Assembly: GCA_964552515.1 (NCBI GenBank)
Contig: CAZKIN010000009.1
Span: 1-35,224, forward strand
Reading direction: 5' to 3'
DNA length: 35,224 bases
Source: an uncultured Phycisphaeraceae bacterium
GTDB lineage: Bacteria > Planctomycetota > Phycisphaerae > UBA1845
In this document: positions 15,297-23,504 of the stretch, piece by piece
Numbering within the stretch: position 1 is the stretch's first letter
Layout of the letters: each line of letters opens with the position of its first letter
The notes under the pieces: generated by a model
The model's input: the letters and a program-made list of their open reading frames with translations, nothing else
Database searches by the model: none
What the model was told of the DNA's origin: nothing
Position numbers and translations under genes: made by a program

Positions 15297-15944
15297 ATGA
15301 AAACAAGGATGTTTTCAGTGTGCCACGTTGTGGCACTGTGCGGAATGCTGTCGCTGTGCGGCGGCTGTTTGGTCGATGCCAGCAAGCTGGCAGGATTCTC
15401 GAACCCGAGCCTCGAAGTGAAGCGCACGCCGTGGGGGTTCGCCTTCAAGGCGGGGTCGGACTTCAAGGGCGAAGGCTCCGCCGAGTACAACCCGGAGACC
15501 GGGCAATTCAAGGGACACGTGCTTGTCACCAGCGACCCGACCCCGGTGATCAACGCGGAGGCCTCGCGGGCGGATCACCTGGTGGAGCTCCGCCGGATCG
15601 AAACGACCTACTACCTCGAAGCCCAAAAAACGGTCGGCGAAAACTTCCAGGCGTTTGGAAACATGCTCGCCATTGCGGCACAAGGCGGCGGCGCGGCGGT
15701 AGCCAAAGTCGTCGAGTCCGCAGCCCCCCTGCTTTCGGCATCCGCCCCGCTTTTGGGCACGTTGATGGGACCGGTCAACGCACTCGCGGGCGTGGCCACA
15801 CAGCCGTCGCCGGCGGGCGGGGGGCAACAGTCCAACGTGCCTGCGGTCGACACCAACGGCGGTACACGGTTGCCGGGTTCTGCCACGTTTGAGACGCAAA
15901 AACTACCGGATAAACCGGCGGAAAACACGACGCTGAAGCCGTAG
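15297..15944 (+). CDS. secreted or lipoprotein-like protein (215 aa)
   Basis: ATG at 15297 with SD AAAGGAA. The signal-like N-terminus is MKTRMFSVCHVVALCGMLSLCGGC, and the lipobox is imperfect. The C-terminus is rich in Ala, Gly and Pro. Confidence 0.55.
   Translation: MKTRMFSVCHVVALCGMLSLCGGCLVDASKLAGFSNPSLEVKRTPWGFAFKAGSDFKGEGSAEYNPETGQFKGHVLVTSDPTPVINAEASRADHLVELRRIETTYYLEAQKTVGENFQAFGNMLAIAAQGGGAAVAKVVESAAPLLSASAPLLGTLMGPVNALAGVATQPSPAGGGQQSNVPAVDTNGGTRLPGSATFETQKLPDKPAENTTLKP
15320..15336. promoter_or_regulatory. perfect 17-bp dyad GTGCCAC-GTT-GTGGCAC
   Basis: Read directly. It lies inside the signal-peptide coding part of 15297..15944. Confidence 0.4.
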
Positions 15945-15950
15945 CGGGAA

Positions 15951-15982
15951 GGCACGAAGGCACACAGGCACGGAGGCACGAA
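15951..15982 (+). repeat. octamer array GGCACGAA GGCACACA GGCACGGA GGCACGAA
   Basis: Read directly. It starts 7 nt after the stop at 15942-15944. Confidence 0.9.
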
Positions 15983-15995
15983 GAGGGCCGGACGA

Positions 15996-16301
15996 ATGCG
16001 AATTCACTGCGAAAAATGCGGGCACCGGCCATGGAATTGGCCCATGTTTTGGGTCGGGCTTTCCCTCGGGAAAGTCATCGGCATCGCGGCGGTCGGACTG
16101 ATCGTCCTGATCGCCGCGTGCCTGGGATGCCATAAGCCGACGTTTTCGCTGGTGAACATCGACGCTTCGAAGGCACCGCGAACCGCCATCGAAGAGGCAA
16201 AAAACACAGGTGGAGCGGCAAAGTTAGAGCCACGGCGTGAGCCGGAATGCACGGGCGATTTTGTGGAGTGTGACCCGGTATGGCAGCAACTTCAGGACTG
16301 A
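15996..16301 (+). CDS. small membrane protein or lipoprotein (possible o-spanin-like)
   Basis: A CEKC motif is followed by a hydrophobic segment ending in the good lipobox LIAAC. The predicted mature part is about 60 aa and contains Cys and Pro. Confidence 0.45.
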   Translation: MRIHCEKCGHRPWNWPMFWVGLSLGKVIGIAAVGLIVLIAACLGCHKPTFSLVNIDASKAPRTAIEEAKNTGGAAKLEPRREPECTGDFVECDPVWQQLQD

Positions 16302-16537
16302 TTGTGAGCAACCTGATCAAGATCGTGCGGGCTTTTCGCAAGAAGCACATGATCGCCGCACTCGCCACGATCCTCGTGGGCGTGGGTGCGGAATACGGCC
16401 TGGACATGGATCACGGAATGGTCGCGACGGCGTCCGGCTTTGGCGTCTTGTGGATCGCGAAATGGCTGCTGGCCAAGAAGAAAGCGGCCGGGACCGCCAC
16501 GGCGGAAGATGACAAGCTGGCGACACTCGAAGAGTAA
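16280..16537 (+). CDS. small two-TM membrane protein (holin-like size and topology)
   Basis: Hydrophobic segments MIAALATILVGVGA and GFGVLWIAKWLLA are followed by a charged C-terminus. It overlaps the previous gene by 22 nt. Confidence 0.4.
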   Translation: MAATSGLIVSNLIKIVRAFRKKHMIAALATILVGVGAEYGLDMDHGMVATASGFGVLWIAKWLLAKKKAAGTATAEDDKLATLEE

Positions 16538-16556
16538 GCCCGCACAGCGGGATTGA
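16538..16556 (+). repeat. hairpin element GCCCGCACAGCGGGATTGA (copy a)
   Basis: A 5-bp GC stem with an ACA loop, starting 1 nt after the stop at 16535-16537. Confidence 0.85.
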
Positions 16557-16595
16557 TTAACCGGTGGGTCAAGACCCACCCTACGGGAGCCAAGG

Positions 16596-17051
16596 ATGGC
16601 TGGCGATTCAACACAAGCAGCGAGCGAAAAAGTCCGGAAGCTGCGCGCCGACCTGCTCATCAAAGTCCTGCAGTTTGCGCAGATCGAATCGAGCCCAGCC
16701 CGCACAGCGGGATTGAGCAACGCCGACGAAGACGAGCGGCCGGTATCCGCGCGGCAACTGGCGGCGGAACTGTGCATCGTCGGCAACGCGGAAGTCGTCA
16801 AGCGGCGCATCCGCGAAGCGGTCGAATACGCCCGCGAACATGGGCACATGGTGTGTGCGAATGGCGAGGGTTACTGGCTCGCCCGCGATGCGGCGGAATA
16901 CACGGCGTACGAAGAAACCCGAACGGCACGAACCAAGTTTGAATTCGTGCGACGTAAGAAACGCCGCAAGGCGGTCAGCGAACGAAACACCGGGCAGCAA
17001 GTTCTGTTCGGCGTGGAGAGCAAGGGCAGTGACGCGTGGGCGAAGGCGTAG
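16596..17051 (+). CDS. hypothetical winged-helix-like DNA-binding protein
   Basis: SARQLAAELCIVGNAEVVKRRIREAVEYAREHGHMVCANGEGYWLA looks wHTH-like, and the C-terminus is basic. Confidence 0.45.
   Translation: MAGDSTQAASEKVRKLRADLLIKVLQFAQIESSPARTAGLSNADEDERPVSARQLAAELCIVGNAEVVKRRIREAVEYAREHGHMVCANGEGYWLARDAAEYTAYEETRTARTKFEFVRRKKRRKAVSERNTGQQVLFGVESKGSDAWAKA
16698..16716 (+). repeat. hairpin element GCCCGCACAGCGGGATTGA (copy b, inside a CDS)
   Basis: The 19-mer is identical to copy a and encodes PARTAGLS within 16596..17051. Confidence 0.85.
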
Positions 17052-17053
17052 AC

Positions 17054-17431
17054 ATGGCGAACAGCGCGACAAAATCTCCGGGTTCCGCGCAGAGCATCGC
17101 GGCGGTGCTCCGACTCGAAGATGCCAGATCGGCCATCGGCAAGATGCTCGCGGCCGCGGAGTCACGCGTCACGCCGGAAGGCCGCATCTGCGGCAGCGTC
17201 GCCGGGGACAGCGAAGGACTGGTGCGCGAAATCGCCACGGCGGTCATGCGGCATTGTCCGGGACTCACGGTGCAGATCGGCGACAGCCACCTGGGCAGCA
17301 ACGAACGCAAGGCCGTGACGGCCTGGTGGCAAGAGAACCGCGAGGCAACAGGCCCGCAACGCGAAACCGCGCGGCAGCCGAGTGCGGTTGAGCCGGGATT
17401 CATGTTGCCAATGCCAGGAGGAGCGGCGTGA
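17054..17431 (+). CDS. hypothetical protein (125 aa)
   Basis: ATG at 17054, 2 nt after the previous stop. Confidence 0.45.
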   Translation: MANSATKSPGSAQSIAAVLRLEDARSAIGKMLAAAESRVTPEGRICGSVAGDSEGLVREIATAVMRHCPGLTVQIGDSHLGSNERKAVTAWWQENREATGPQRETARQPSAVEPGFMLPMPGGAA

Positions 17432-17784
17432 CGTTTGAACAGGTGTCACAACTGGTGACCGGCGTGGGCGTGCCACTGGCGCTGTTCATGCTCAACGGCA
17501 TCCGCACGCAGGCGAGCAAACGAAACACGGAAATCGACGGGCGGTTCGAGAAGCTGGAAAAACGCATCGTGGAAATGGAACGGTCGATCGAAAGCCGCGT
17601 GCGCGACGTGGAAGAGAAGAAGGCGGACAAGCAGGCGTGGATGCGCGAGACGATCAACGCGGGCGCGAAGATGGACTATGTCAGCCAGCAGATCGCGGAA
17701 CTGAAAGGGCGCTACGACAGCGAGTTCGGCGTGGCGGCGGCGGTGAACCGGCTGGCCGACAGCCTGAAAGGGCGGGACGTGTAA
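17428..17784 (+). CDS. Mu gp25-like protein (N-terminal TM helix plus coiled coil, DUF2730-like architecture)
   Basis: GTG start. A TM segment VTGVGVPLALFML is followed by the heptad-rich stretch EIDGRFEKLEKRIVEMERSIESRVRDVEE. The gene sits two genes upstream of the small terminase, as in Mu. Confidence 0.45.
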   Translation: MTFEQVSQLVTGVGVPLALFMLNGIRTQASKRNTEIDGRFEKLEKRIVEMERSIESRVRDVEEKKADKQAWMRETINAGAKMDYVSQQIAELKGRYDSEFGVAAAVNRLADSLKGRDV

Positions 17785-18092
17785 TGGATTACCACGAAGT
17801 ATCGATCGCGCTGAAAAAGCAAATCCGCCGTAGGGTGATGCACGCGTTCAACATCGCGCACATCGACGGTGAGTTCAGCGCTTCCATGACCGTGGAATCT
17901 TTGTGCGGACTTTTCATGGAGGTGGACCGGCGCTATCTGCGCAGCGACGTTCGCTACCTGGTGGACAAGGGCTATGTCCGGCGGACCAATGCCCGGCCCA
18001 ATCAGCCATTCGACGAATGGGAATTCGAATTAACCGCCACCGGAAAAGAACAGTGTGATCGCATTCTGCGCGATCCGGCGTTGGAACCGTAA
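17784..18092 (+). CDS. hypothetical winged-helix-like protein (102 aa)
   Basis: ATG at 17784 overlaps the previous stop (TAATG). LRSDVRYLVDKGYVRR looks like a wHTH recognition helix and wing. Confidence 0.45.
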   Translation: MDYHEVSIALKKQIRRRVMHAFNIAHIDGEFSASMTVESLCGLFMEVDRRYLRSDVRYLVDKGYVRRTNARPNQPFDEWEFELTATGKEQCDRILRDPALEP

Positions 18093-18589
18093 TGGCCATC
18101 GAGAAGGACAACCTGCAGATCGAAAAACCGCCCGACCCGATTCCGCGCTGGGCGCGGGACCTGGAAGCGGAAGTCTTCCTGCGCGCCCAGCAGTTGATCC
18201 GCGATGGCTGGACGGTGGCCAACGTCATGAAGCACCTGGGCATCCCGATGGAGAAGCGGGCGAGCCTGTACAACATGGCCCAGGGCTTGCAACGGCAGCG
18301 GCGCTTCGAGCTGTTCGGTGAAGTGAAAACCCGCGTGGTCGAAGGGGCGTCGGAACTGACGCCGAAGCTGATCGAGCTGCTCAAGAAGCTCGCGGACATG
18401 GCGCTGTCCGACCAGGTCAGCGAAGGCACCCAGGAACGCAGCGGCAAACTCATGCTCGAATTCCTGCGGATGATGATGGACACGCACAAGGGTGAAGCGG
18501 AAGGCGGCGAGGTGGTCGAGAAGCCGCGCATCTCCACCGAGCAGGCAGTGCAGCGCATCGAGGAAATTCTGAAGGTGAAACTTGCCTAA
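18092..18589 (+). CDS. putative terminase small subunit (Mu gp27 position)
   Basis: A TAATG overlap with the upstream gene, an N-terminal HTH-like stretch GWTVANVMKHLGIPMEKRASLYNMA, and a position immediately before the large terminase. Confidence 0.45.
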   Translation: MAIEKDNLQIEKPPDPIPRWARDLEAEVFLRAQQLIRDGWTVANVMKHLGIPMEKRASLYNMAQGLQRQRRFELFGEVKTRVVEGASELTPKLIELLKKLADMALSDQVSEGTQERSGKLMLEFLRMMMDTHKGEAEGGEVVEKPRISTEQAVQRIEEILKVKLA

Positions 18590-19952
18590 GAAGAAGGCAC
18601 AACTCGTTCTCGTTCCGCAGCTGGCCAGGATCGAAGTACTCGATCTGGAGGTTCCGACGTTGGATAAACTCGGCGGCCTGCTTTACACGCACCAGCGCCG
18701 GGCGATCGAGAGTCCGCACCGCTACGGCGTGTACAACTGGTCGCGACAATCAGGCAAGAGCAAAGGGCTGACGCTGCGACGACTCCTGCGCGGCATGAAA
18801 CGGCGCAAGGATCAGATCATGCTTTCGCGCGGCGCACGGCAAAGCCGCCTGCTGATGGAGAAGGTTCGCGAGTGGCTGCAGGTCATGGACGTGCTCGCCG
18901 AGAATGGTGAGTTCGAGGATGTATTCGAGGACAAAGTGGAGCGGGTGATGTTTACCAAGCTCCCGCGCTTCGGGCTGACCATCTATGCCCTGCCCGCCAG
19001 CCCCGACACCTCACGCGGCTACTCCGGCGATGTGCTGCTCGACGAATTCGCCATGCACAAAAACAGCATGGAAATTTGGAAGGCAGTGTTCCCTTCGGTG
19101 ACGGCGGTGCAGGGGGAAGTGGATGTATGCAGCACGCCCAAGGGGCAGCAGGACATGTTCTACCGGCTCTGCAACAACCCGGATTATTACTATGACAAGG
19201 TCACCATCCACGATGCCGTGGCCGGCGGACTGAAGGCGGACATTGAGGACCTGCGCAAAGGCGCGGTCGACGAAGACACCTGGCGTGAAGAGTTCCTCTG
19301 CGAGTTCGTAGACGAAGCGACCGCGTTTCTCACCTGGCAAGAAATCCTCGCGTGCGAAGATGACAAGCTGCCGCTGGAACTGGACGTGGAAGCGCTCGCG
19401 AAATTCGCGGGTGATGTGTACGTGGGGATCGACGTGGGGCGCAGCACCGATCCCACGATCATCTGGGCAGCGGAACTGATCGGCTCCACGCTGATCAGCA
19501 AGGGAATGATCCGCCTCAAGAACGTGCCGTTCAATCAGCAGCGCGAAATTCTCTATGCCGTGCTGGGTTGCCGCTGCGTGCGCCGGGCGGCGATCGACGC
19601 GTCACCGATGGGCCGCAACCTGTACGACGACTGTGCGAACCGGTTTGGAAGCAAGATCGAAGGCTGCACCTTTTCGGGGTCGAACAAGGAAGAACTCGCG
19701 GGGGCGTTTCGCACCAAGGTGCTGGACAAGAACTTCCGCATCCCCGCCGACGAAAAATTGCGCAACGACCTGCACAGCGTGCAAAAGACCCGGACCTCTT
19801 TCGGCAACGTACGCCTCGCCGCCAATCGCGAAGATGGCATGCACGGCGATCAGTTCTGGGCGGGATCGCTGATCGTGCACGCGGCGGGAACTCCGTACGT
19901 GCCGCTGGAGATGACCTTCGGAGACCCATTTGAGGAGAGGGAGCTGCCATGA
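18582..19952 (+). CDS. terminase large subunit (Mu gp28-like)
   Basis: Walker A-like WSRQSGKSKG and Walker B-like DVLLDEFAM, with a C-terminal nuclease-like half (GIDVGRSTDPT). The TTG start is uncertain. Confidence 0.85.
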   Translation: MPKKKAQLVLVPQLARIEVLDLEVPTLDKLGGLLYTHQRRAIESPHRYGVYNWSRQSGKSKGLTLRRLLRGMKRRKDQIMLSRGARQSRLLMEKVREWLQVMDVLAENGEFEDVFEDKVERVMFTKLPRFGLTIYALPASPDTSRGYSGDVLLDEFAMHKNSMEIWKAVFPSVTAVQGEVDVCSTPKGQQDMFYRLCNNPDYYYDKVTIHDAVAGGLKADIEDLRKGAVDEDTWREEFLCEFVDEATAFLTWQEILACEDDKLPLELDVEALAKFAGDVYVGIDVGRSTDPTIIWAAELIGSTLISKGMIRLKNVPFNQQREILYAVLGCRCVRRAAIDASPMGRNLYDDCANRFGSKIEGCTFSGSNKEELAGAFRTKVLDKNFRIPADEKLRNDLHSVQKTRTSFGNVRLAANREDGMHGDQFWAGSLIVHAAGTPYVPLEMTFGDPFEERELP

Positions 19953-21037
19953 AAGTCACCAAGGGGATGTTGGCCTGCGCGGTACCCGGCATCGCGGCCA
20001 TGATGGCCATGGGGCCTGCTGCCTTCGCCAAGGCACAAGCGGAGGCGGTCAAGGAACAAAGGGTCGCGGACCCCAAGCTCCGCGCACCGTTCACGTACTT
20101 CGGCGGCAAGTCACGCGTCGCGGATGAAATCTGGCAACGCTTCGATTCGAGCAAAGTGCGGCTATACATCGAACCCTTCTTTGGCAGTGGTGCCACCATG
20201 CTGGCACGCCCCCATTCTGGAGATTGTCCTGGTGTTGTGCGCGGCACGGAGATCGCCAACGACATGGACGGGTACGTGCTGAACTTCTGGCGCAGCGTGC
20301 AGCAGCATCCGGAAGTGGTGGCCCGTTACTGCAACGGCCTGGTGCACGAACTCGAATTGGAAGCCCGCCACAAATGGCTGGTCGAGCATCGCCGCAAGGC
20401 GCGGCTGACCACGAAGCTGCGCAGTGACACGAACTGGTGCCACCCCAAACTCGCGGGCTGGTGGCTCTGGGGACACAACGCCTGGATCGGCGGCGGCTTC
20501 TGTGCGGGCGAATACTTCGGCGCAGGTGATCCGCGAAACAAAGGCGCGGGCGTTGAACCCAAGAATCCGGAGCACGGCGGAAAGCGGCCCACCGCAAAGC
20601 CCTACGGCATCATGTGCCGGCCGCCAGCTGAACGGCTTGCCTGGGTCAAAGCATTGGCCGCGCGGCTCGATCGCGTGCGCTTCCTCTGCGGCGACTGGAC
20701 GCGTCCCATCACCACCGCGGTTAAGTCAAAGTGCATCACCGCCATCATGTTCGATCCGCCTTACTCGGCGGAAGCGGGCCGCGCCAAGGACATCTACAAC
20801 TGCGAAGACCTGGCCGTGGCGCACGCGGTGCGGAAGTGGTGCATGGCGCACGATCGACTTAAGCATCTCCGCATGGCCCTGTGCGGCTATGAAGGCGAGC
20901 ACAACGAACTCGAACAGCGCGGCTGGAAGAAATTTGCCTGGCGGGCGTCGGGCGGGTTCGGTGTCATTGCCAAAGGTCCAGGGTACACGAACCGCGAAAA
21001 AGAACGCATCTGGTTTAGTCCCTATTGCAAGGCGTAA
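19949..21037 (+). CDS. Dam-family N6-adenine DNA methyltransferase
   Basis: YFGGK, EPFFGSGA (motif I) and FDPPY (motif IV), in the alpha-class order. An ATGA overlap with the terminase stop. Confidence 0.85.
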   Translation: MKVTKGMLACAVPGIAAMMAMGPAAFAKAQAEAVKEQRVADPKLRAPFTYFGGKSRVADEIWQRFDSSKVRLYIEPFFGSGATMLARPHSGDCPGVVRGTEIANDMDGYVLNFWRSVQQHPEVVARYCNGLVHELELEARHKWLVEHRRKARLTTKLRSDTNWCHPKLAGWWLWGHNAWIGGGFCAGEYFGAGDPRNKGAGVEPKNPEHGGKRPTAKPYGIMCRPPAERLAWVKALAARLDRVRFLCGDWTRPITTAVKSKCITAIMFDPPYSAEAGRAKDIYNCEDLAVAHAVRKWCMAHDRLKHLRMALCGYEGEHNELEQRGWKKFAWRASGGFGVIAKGPGYTNREKERIWFSPYCKA

Positions 21038-21040
21038 TCA

Positions 21041-22423
21041 ATGGTTGGAAGCGGAATCATCACCAGGACGGCACATGCGATCGGCGCGGGTTGGAATGCC
21101 GCCGCGACGTCGCTCGGGCTGCGCCCCAAGAACCACCAGGTGGTGCAGTACGATCCGTACCTGGATGAACGCCGCGACGCGATGGTCAATGGCCTCAACG
21201 TCAGGAAACTCAAGGCGTACATCGAAGCCACCGACGCCGGAAACCTGGCGCTGGGCCTGCAGTTCTGCGAAGAGATGGAACGGCGCGACCTGCACCTGCG
21301 CAGTGTCAGCGAAACCCGCCGCCGCGCCGTCACCGGTCTGCCCTGGGAAATCGTCTCCGCCGCCGACATTGATGAACGCGTGGACCGCAATGCCGCCGAC
21401 GATGCGGCGAATTACTGCGCCGATCACCTGCGGCAAATGGACGGCTTTGAGGAGGCGTTGCAATACCTCGGTGACGCCTTTGGACCCAACCTGAAGGTGC
21501 TCGAGCACGTGTGGAATGGCGTCAAGCTTGTGAAGCTAGTCAGCGTTCCCGACACACGCCTGTCGATGGACCGCGACTGTGCCGGCGTTGTGCGCGTGGC
21601 TACCCGCGATAACCGCGACGGCGTCCCCGCCACGCTGGGCGACTGGACGGTATTCACGCCGCACGGCGGACGGACCGCACCGTTTTACAAGAGCCTCACC
21701 ATCGGCCAGGCCTACCACTTCCTGGCGAAGATGATGGGCTTCGTGGATTGGGGCGCATACCTGGCACTCTACGGCATGCCGACGCGCTGGGCCACCCACC
21801 CGCCGGGCGCAACCCCGAAAGAACGTAGCGAACTGGTGGCGATGATGCGCGGCATGGGCAGCAACGGTTATGCCGTGTTTCCCCAGGGCACGACGCTGGA
21901 GTTCAAAGAATCGAGTCAACGCGGCGTCGCACCGTTCCAGGCGATGATCGAATACTGCGACCGCAAGCAAAGCGTTTTGTTTACCGGCGGCAACATCACC
22001 AGTGACAGTACCGGGGCACAAGGCACCCTGGCGGCCGGTGTGGTGCAAAGCGAAGTCCGCCAGGACCTCCGGGACGCGGACATCAAAGCCGAGAGCATGG
22101 CAATTTCGTCGCAGATACTTGGACCGATGGTGCGCTACATGTTCGGCCCCGGCGTGCCCGTCCCAGTCTTCCAGCGCATCAAACCGGAAACGATCGACCG
22201 CGAACGCGAAGCGCGAGTCATCGCGGCGGCGCAAAACGCGGGATTGAAAGTGCCGATGCGCTGGGCCTATGAGCGCGTGGGCATCCCGGAACCGGAAGAA
22301 AACGAAGCGGTACTCACTCCGGGACTGGATGCGTTCGGAGCGGCGTTAACGGAGGGCGTGCCGGTTGAACCCACGGCGCAGGATGGGATCAAGGGAAGCG
22401 AGGTGCTTGATGCCCTTGCGTAA
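21041..22423 (+). CDS. portal protein (Mu gp29/DUF935-like)
   Basis: Its size, its position, and the N-terminal region LGLQFCEEMERRDLHLRSVSETRRRAVTGLPWEI are typical of DUF935 portals. Confidence 0.8.
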   Translation: MVGSGIITRTAHAIGAGWNAAATSLGLRPKNHQVVQYDPYLDERRDAMVNGLNVRKLKAYIEATDAGNLALGLQFCEEMERRDLHLRSVSETRRRAVTGLPWEIVSAADIDERVDRNAADDAANYCADHLRQMDGFEEALQYLGDAFGPNLKVLEHVWNGVKLVKLVSVPDTRLSMDRDCAGVVRVATRDNRDGVPATLGDWTVFTPHGGRTAPFYKSLTIGQAYHFLAKMMGFVDWGAYLALYGMPTRWATHPPGATPKERSELVAMMRGMGSNGYAVFPQGTTLEFKESSQRGVAPFQAMIEYCDRKQSVLFTGGNITSDSTGAQGTLAAGVVQSEVRQDLRDADIKAESMAISSQILGPMVRYMFGPGVPVPVFQRIKPETIDREREARVIAAAQNAGLKVPMRWAYERVGIPEPEENEAVLTPGLDAFGAALTEGVPVEPTAQDGIKGSEVLDALA

Positions 22424-22706
22424 CCACAAGCAAGTGATGGCGGGCGTGGAGATGCTCGAGGGGCGCAGCGTGAAGCGGATCGGCAAGGCCTATCGCGAGC
22501 GCACGATCGGGCCGCTGGTCGACGCAATCCGCAATGCCCAGACGTTTGAAGAGTTGCGCGCGTACCTGGGCTGGGACCTGACGTCGCGGATGGATTCGGG
22601 AGTGCTCACGGACTCGCTGGCCGAGACGGCAGTCACGGCAGCCTTGATCGGACGGGCAGCGGCCAGGCCCTTGAGGAAGCCACGCACTGGATCGCAAAGG
22701 AAATAG
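22410..22706 (+). CDS. hypothetical protein (98 aa) between portal and Mu F
   Basis: ATG at 22410 with SD GAGGTG. It overlaps the portal 3' end by 14 nt. Confidence 0.4.
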   Translation: MPLRNHKQVMAGVEMLEGRSVKRIGKAYRERTIGPLVDAIRNAQTFEELRAYLGWDLTSRMDSGVLTDSLAETAVTAALIGRAAARPLRKPRTGSQRK

Positions 22707-22707
22707 C

Positions 22708-23499
22708 GTGCCGATCAGCGTGATCACAGAACGAGACTTTACACCGCGAAGCTTCGAGGAAGCGAAGGCGCACTTCGAGAAGAAGGCACCCTTCACCCAC
22801 GAAGAGTTTGCTCGGCTCACGCTCGAACAACGTGCGAAGGCCTTTCGAATCGCCACCGTACACAACGCCCGGATGGTGCAGGACGCACGCAACCTGGTGG
22901 CGAAGGCGATCGATACCGGAGCGACGTTCGCGGATTGGCGGGAGGCACTTTTGAAGCGGTTCACCGGTGCGGACGTTCCGCCGCCGGCACTGCACCGGCT
23001 GCGCCTGGCGTTCTTCCAGAACACGGGCAAGGCGTACAGCGACGCACGCCGCGAGGTGCTCGACGATCCGGAGATCACCGAGGCGTTTCCCTACCGGCAG
23101 TACATCACGGTGGGCAACGGCACGGCGGGCTTCCGCAATGTGCGCCCGGACCACGCGGCGCTGCACAACAAGGTATTCCGCTGGAACGATCCCTTCTGGG
23201 ACCGCTTCACGCCGCCGTGGGATTACGGATGCCGGTGCACCTTCGTGGCACTCACCGCCGGCCAGGCGTCGTCGGGCACGGTGTGGACGTATGCGGGAGG
23301 AAGCGTACGACCAGCCACGAAGGCACGAAGGCAAGCAGGCACGAAGGAAAAGGCGTTTCAACTGAAACCCAACCCGGCGTACTCGATCGAGTCGGGTGAC
23401 TTGGATTTGTCAGCACTCGACCCGGACCTCCGGGCGGCGGTGCAGGACCGGCTTCGCCGGAATGACGGCTTCGCCGGGTGCGCCGAACGAAAGGTGTGA
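22708..23499 (+). CDS. Mu F-like (gp30/SPP1 gp7 family) head morphogenesis protein
   Basis: FEEAKAHFEKK...AKAFRIATVHNARMVQDARNLVAKAIDTGATFADW...RPDHAALHNKVFRWNDPFW...PPWDYGCRCT. The start codon is GTG. Confidence 0.8.
   Translation: MPISVITERDFTPRSFEEAKAHFEKKAPFTHEEFARLTLEQRAKAFRIATVHNARMVQDARNLVAKAIDTGATFADWREALLKRFTGADVPPPALHRLRLAFFQNTGKAYSDARREVLDDPEITEAFPYRQYITVGNGTAGFRNVRPDHAALHNKVFRWNDPFWDRFTPPWDYGCRCTFVALTAGQASSGTVWTYAGGSVRPATKARRQAGTKEKAFQLKPNPAYSIESGDLDLSALDPDLRAAVQDRLRRNDGFAGCAERKV
23314..23345 (+). repeat. octamer array GCCACGAA GGCACGAA GGCAAGCA GGCACGAA inside the Mu F-like CDS
   Basis: Read directly. It is translated as ATKARRQAGTK. Confidence 0.85.
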
Positions 23500-23504
23500 G
23501 ACTT

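Noticed and set aside
15951-15982. Octamer arrays as CRISPR-like or minisatellite arrays
   Set aside because: The units are only 8 nt long, contiguous and without spacers, and there are at most 4 per site. No cas genes are present. They are not CRISPR arrays.
22410-23499. A frameshifted single Mu F gene (22410..22706 plus 22708..23499)
   Set aside because: The second ORF already begins with the region that aligns, from memory, with the N-terminus of Mu gp30-type proteins (F..A...F..K....AFxxA). The upstream 98-aa ORF therefore need not be part of it.
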